Of a DNA stretch of 64,000 nt, positions 57,901 to 64,000 are shown one piece after another. The stretch comes from the human T2T-CHM13v2.0 reference genome, Homo sapiens: assembly GCF_009914755.1 (NCBI RefSeq), contig NC_060934.1. One strand, given 5' to 3'. Both the position numbers and the translations under genes were made by a program. Below the pieces are notes generated by a model. The model was not told the DNA's origin and did not search any database. It was given only the letters and a program-made list of their open reading frames with translations. Each line of letters begins with the position of its first letter. Position 1 is the first letter of the stretch.

Positions 57901-58317
57901 TGTTCAAAGAAGGGGGGCAAGCATGAAATAGGAAATAACACAAATCAGAGAGAACATGAGAAGCAGAATGACATCAAAACGTCCTAGTGTGGTGACCTCA
58001 CTGTATCAGAATTCCTTGTCTAGCCCCCACCTCATCCTCTATGGAAACAAAATCCCCAGGGTAGAATCTGGGCTCTGAATGTTCAGAGGGCTCCAAGGTT
58101 GAATCTTATGTACAGCCAAGATCACAACAACTGTGCTAGCCCAACACTCCTTTAGAGAGGAGATGGAGGCTCAGGGAGGGCAGGTACTTTGACTATCACC
58201 TTTCCAAGTCACTACTGGGAAAAGTCCCGGGTCTCCTGACTCTCCATCCAGTGCTCCCCGGGAGACAGTATCCCCTTCCAGGGCACCAGGGCATCACTTG
58301 TACATTATACCACTTAC

Positions 58318-58390
58318 GATTTGGTTTCTGGCAGTCCTGCTGAATGATCCGGTGGATCTTTCTGTGCAGGTCTTTGTCTTCTCTGGTTAC
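58318..58390 (-). CDS. STN1: STN1 penultimate coding exon: VTREDKDLHRKIHRIIQQDCQKPN plus first base of His
   Basis: Acceptor ttttcctatttag|GTA, 73 nt, donor C|gtaagt; phase-1 end is completed by AC of the last exon (CAC = His). Confidence 0.95.
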
Positions 58391-58927
58391 CTAAATAGGA
58401 AAAATAGTTGAGAGAGAGAGTGTTCTTAGGTAACACAGCAGTTGTGTCATCCAGACTTCCAAATTAGTATTCAGGATAGTTTCTAAAGATTACATAATAA
58501 TCATCTTCCCTACACCATTAATGTGGTGTTTGATACTTGGCCTAGTGTCAAACCAGTTCTGCCCAGAGGACACGTCCTTGGGAGTTGGTTCATTGGGGCA
58601 ATGAGGTTAAAACAAAAAAAAAGCTGGAATTGCATACTTTTAAGGGACAACTTTCTTCTTCAACACTCATAACACATTTTTGTTATTTGTTGTTATAGTT
58701 TTGAGCGAGGCACAGTGATCAAGGCCTCCAATCTCCACCCCATGACTCCTTCTTCTGGGCCCTGACACCTGTCTTGTGTTGCATCAGTTTTCTTGCTTCT
58801 CCCAACCACAAGGAAAAATAAAAGGAGAAAAAAAAAAAAAAAACCCTGCAAGGACAGGCTAGCATGAGAGTAAAGCTAGCCTATCCACTGAAACACATTC
58901 TGCTCTCAAAGGTAGACATAACTTAGT

Positions 58928-59249
<322 letters not shown>

Positions 59250-60974
59250 AACTTAGTCTTTTTTAACCAGCTCAGATTAAGAGGGAAGCAGCACACAACA
59301 GGTTTCACCTTCATGTTCCACAGTGAATCTAGTAACAAAAAAAGAGAGAAAGAGAAAGAAAAAAAAGAAACAGAAAAAGAGAGAGGAAGAAAGGAAGAAA
59401 GAAAATAGGCATGCAAACAAATAGCTGTAAGTTTCCTCCTTAAAGACAGCCCAAGAATGCCTGTCTGACCTGCCTTACTGGAGGGGGCATCTTGAGAACA
59501 CCTGCCTTCTCTCAGCTCACAAGGTTATGACGAAGATTAAACAAGGTCATGTGTGAGAGCTGCTGAACCTAGGAAAGCACTAGGCAAACAGAAGTGTTGA
59601 CTTATTTTAACCATTTCCCTGAGGCAGGGCTTCAGGAGAAAGGTGACTACAAAGCAGTGGAGAGATGAAGTCAGAGATGGCGACAAGAGATCTATTTGTG
59701 CTTGATCACAATGATTCACAGGAGGAAGTACCCAGCCCCACCACGCCTTGCCCTGGACTGCTGCTCCTCAGGAAGGGCTGCTCTCTAAAGGCCTGGGAGG
59801 AAATGTGTGTCCCAGAGCAGGGCTCAAGGTGAGCTGCCCCCATAGCTTCTCCAACTTCCAGGAAGCAACCAACTCCCACCCGGCCTTCCCATGCCAGGAC
59901 TCCCATCCTGGGACGGTGTGGGAGGCACTCGCCCTTATGTAGACTGGGATACCTGCTTCAAAAGTTATTTAAATGGTATTGTAATTTCTAAAATCTCTCT
60001 AAAGAGGGGAGTCACTAGGGTAAATCAACATCAGGAAATGTCATATTAAGAAAAGCTCCCCGTCAGGAATCTTGCCTGTGAATAGTGAGACTTCTGGAAT
60101 ACCACAGAATTTGATCAGTCTCTGGGAGAGCTGCACATAACGGAGTCCACACCCACTGATGTCAGTGGTCCTGAGAAGGCCCATTTCCACCTTAGCTCCT
60201 CCCAATATTAAAGGTATGCAGCAAAAGGTGAACTTTTAACTTGAAAGAGTGAGGCAAACAAGCACCTACACTTCTGCTGGGAGTCAACTGGTACAGCCTT
60301 CAGGCAGGCCCATCACACTGTGTTGACCAAAAGCTTAAATGGCCATGCCCTCTGCTCCAGCAGCTCTTCTTTTAAGAGTCAATCTTACAGAAATACTGAC
60401 ATGAGTTCACAAATATAGTTGTGCAAAAATAGCCACAGCAACACCATTTGTGACAGCAAAAGTTAGAAATACCCTAAGTACCCATCAAAAAGGAATGTCT
60501 AAAAAATACACAACAGGTACCCATAGTATGGAATACCCTGAGGATGTTAAAAAGAACGAGGTAGATTTATAACTACTAATGTGGAAAGGTGCCTGTCATG
60601 TGTTATCTTGGTACCAAAAAAGGTACAGAGCATTATTTAGAGTAGCAAGTCTCAATGGTCCCAGGAGATACCCGGCAATGTCCAGGGACATTTTTGGTTG
60701 CCACAGTTGGGGTGTTGCTCCTGGTCTCTAGTAGGTGAAGGTCAGGCATGCTGCTAAATATCCTGCAATGCACAGGATAGTTCCCATGGCAATCGATCAC
60801 CTACCCCAAATAGTGTTCAGATTGAGAAGTGTCAATTTAGAAGATGATCACATTTTTTATAAAGCAAAAAGGTTCTTGCATAAGTCAGGGATTGGAAACA
60901 ATGAAAAAGCCACAGGAGCACATTTGTATATGTATGCATCTGTAAATGTACAGATAAATGTCTAGAAGGATATA

Positions 60975-61208
60975 CAGTTATCTCTCGGTATACTCAGTGG
61001 ATCAGTTCCAGGACCCTCAGGTATACCAAAATCCACACACACTCAAGTCCTGAAGTTGGCTCTGTGAAACCTGCATGTACAAAAAGTTAGCCCTCATATG
61101 TGGGTTTCACATCTGCAAATACTGTACTTTCCATCTGCATTTGTTTGAAAAAGTCTGCATATAAGTAGACCCATGCAATTCAAACTTGTGTGGTTCATGG
61201 GTCAACTG
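60975..61208. mobile_element. MER8-like Tigger MITE; MER20-like fragment just upstream (~60640-60830)
   Basis: TA|CAGTT...CAACTG|TA terminal inverted repeats with TA target duplication; 234 bp. Confidence 0.8.
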
Positions 61209-61374
61209 TATTATTAAAAGAGATACCTCGGGGAAGGATAAGGGCCAACTTTCACTTCTGATTTTATGTACCTCCTTAATGATTTTTAAGAATAATTAAG
61301 TGGTTATTCATAAGTAATAAATATATTTGTAATTGAAGCTACAAAGAAAAAAAGTTAAGTTGCAAGTGTCTTAC

Positions 61375-61497
61375 ATAGTATAGGTTATCAAAACCATCAT
61401 CTTTCTGGAAAACAAGTCCTTTTTCCTGCAGCAGTTGTATAGCATTCTTAAATATACTATGAATTGCCTTGGAAGTGGTGTCCTTCTTAAAATTCAC
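61375..61497 (-). CDS. STN1: STN1 (OBFC1, CST complex) third-last coding exon: VNFKKDTTSKAIHSIFKNAIQLLQEKGLVFQKDDGFDNLYY
   Basis: Acceptor ctctctttacag|GTG, 123 nt = 41 codons, donor TAT|gtaaga; joins in frame to the next exon; C-terminal winged-helix region of STN1. Confidence 0.95.
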
Positions 61498-62378
61498 CTG
61501 TAAAGAGAGGAAAAAGAAAAAAGAAAAGAAATAAGTCTCACCTTACGGCACCTGAGAACAACTCCTAGACCAACTGGTTCATGAATTTGTCCAACAGGCC
61601 TTTTAACTGCTGAGTCAAAAAGATCCTGGTATGTACCGGCCTAGCAGGATGGTATTTAAGGAGGACTGAGAAGTGTGCCCCGGCAGGTCACCTTTCATAA
61701 CTGTTCCCTACCTTAGTTGTGATTTTTTTTTTTTTAATGAACTCAACACTCCATAGTGCAGAATAAAAAAAGCTACCCTCACTGTTGGACAATCTTTGAC
61801 TTATTTTTTATACAAAACCAAAACACTGTATATATATATTAGCCCCCTTTTCCATTAAAATTGAGGCTGTATACAATCTCTTCCTAGGGACTTCAAAGAT
61901 TTTTTGTATGTTGGAATAATTTGGGGATTCCAGCATGAAGTATTAAATAGCCTCATTATTTTAAATGGAGGACAACAGAGGCTGTGCAGAGATCCACCAA
62001 GGGGAGTCCACAAGGCTGAAGGTAGACAGCAGTCCTGGTGAAGCACAGTCCCCACCTAGAAGGGACCTCTGCTGCTGTCAGCTCTCCCCCTCACTTTCAG
62101 TGTCTCTTCACTTCTCTGGAGACACGTTTGCCTGGGGAGGGTCATCCAGGTCATCCTGCTTCTTATCCCCGAGGAAGCTAGGCTATCAGCTATGTCCCCC
62201 CATGCTTGACCAGATGGGATGCTTCTTGAGTCAGGGACTTTGTTTCATCTTGGCCACCTCCTCCCTAGCACACGTTAGGTGACTGATAAAGTATCTGTGA
62301 GATGAATGGAAACAAATACACATTAGAGTGTGTGTATTCTTCTTATTATTCCATTGGGGATTTTCCACTCCTTCCTAA

Positions 62379-62712
<334 letters not shown>

Positions 62713-64000
62713 TACAGATCCATTTTCAATGTGACAGAAATTTGTCAAGATATTGAAAAGATCAGAGTTCCAAACAAATGTGGCAAAGCTTCCAGAAAAG
62801 CATTTGAAGGCCAAGTCCTACCTCTATTGAAAGGTACTTACAAAGCCTATGTGGGGCAGCACCCAGAGGTGCTGAAAAAGAGTGGCTGAGATTTGCTAAT
62901 GACATTTCCTCAAGGGGAGAGGAAAGAGCCTCCACAGGGTCTCAAGTGTTCACAAGTCCGTCCCAAAGTAACCTTCTCTTTCTAGAAGAGACCTCCCAAA
63001 CAGGCTTTCTGTTACTCTAATAGATCCTGGTGATGTTTCACAAATGTGTTCTCCTGGGCTAACAATAACAGCCTAACACACTAATTGAATTATCAGTCTA
63101 AGTTTTTCCTTAAAAGAACAAGCTGGAGAACCTTGTCATTAGAGCCCCCAAACCGACAAACATTCCAGGTTATGACAGCTTCCATTCAGAAGGGAGAATA
63201 AGGCTGAGAAATATTTGACAACTCCCACAGGCAGAAAACCTCTCTGGGTGTGTTTAGAATAAACACCACACCTAGCAATCCTCAGCCACACATCTTTTTA
63301 TTCACGAGGCTTAGGGCAAAACTGTTTTTAATTTCATACATGAGTGCTCTTAGGGGATGCACCATCAGTGCAACATAGACTCCTTTGCAAACCTTCATAA
63401 CTACTTAATCTTTATAATTCTAAGGAGATCTATCTTCTTTAGTCAATTTAACATAAGGATCCTAAAGGTTAGGTTTATTACATCTCTTAGCAAGATAGAA
63501 ATAAATTGGAAACTAACTAGAGATGAGTATTACATGATTATTCCTGTCTTTAAAAATGACTCTTGGTTATCCCCAAACCATATAAAAAGCCTAGTTCCCC
63601 CTCCCAGATTTCAGTCAGATCAAGCAGCAGGAAGAGACAATGCTAGGCCTAGGAGATTAAAAACACAGTTTCAGCTGTGAGCAAGGACTCAACAGAAATG
63701 GCTCTCTGTAAATATAAACAATACTTGAAGCTTCCTTTCCAAAAACATTTGCCTCAGCTGACCCTGGGACATATTTCCCTGGCCTAGTTATAAAGACCAT
63801 AGTCTCAAGGGTAAAGCCACTAATCGTCTCTTCCAGCCAGCAGCTTTTCCTGGACTGGGATCTGTGTCTTTCTTGTCTTTTTCAAAAAAGCAATGACAGA
63901 CTCATCAGATTTAGGAAACCGAAATTGCTCACAGGCAAAAAAAAAAAAAAACCAAACAAACAAAAAAAAACAGTCACTAGCTAAACGTGCTGAGCTTTAC

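Noticed and set aside
61536-61550. Donor-like GTAAGGTGAG just upstream of the STN1 acceptor at 61497
   Set aside because: Under ~50 nt from the acceptor, shorter than a normal minimal human intron.

Overview
Primate (human-type) genomic DNA, Alu/L1/LTR-rich, recognisable as the SH3PXD2A-STN1 (OBFC1) interval of chr10q24.33. Both genes are on the minus strand in tandem. From the right: the last three coding exons of STN1 (61497-61375, 58390-58318, 52087-51930), a ~5 kb STN1 3'UTR with several poly(A) signals (to ~46815), ~21 kb of intergenic DNA, the SH3PXD2A CpG-island promoter with coding exon 1 (24516-24445), and the first ~24 kb of SH3PXD2A intron 1 running off the left edge. Nearly all other listed ORFs are repeat- or GC-derived noise. 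I see no evidence of a novel multi-gene system. The best second-look items are small: a TSD-flanked, polyadenylated non-repeat retro-insertion carrying its own splice acceptor (30667-31167); a chimeric L1PA insertion (1604-2172); an ungapped 89-bp local copy of part of an LTR in the STN1 3'UTR; an LTR-donated poly(A) signal in that UTR; and a minimal M-R-R-stop uORF in the SH3PXD2A leader. Repeat subfamily names are from recalled consensus sequences, not from a search.
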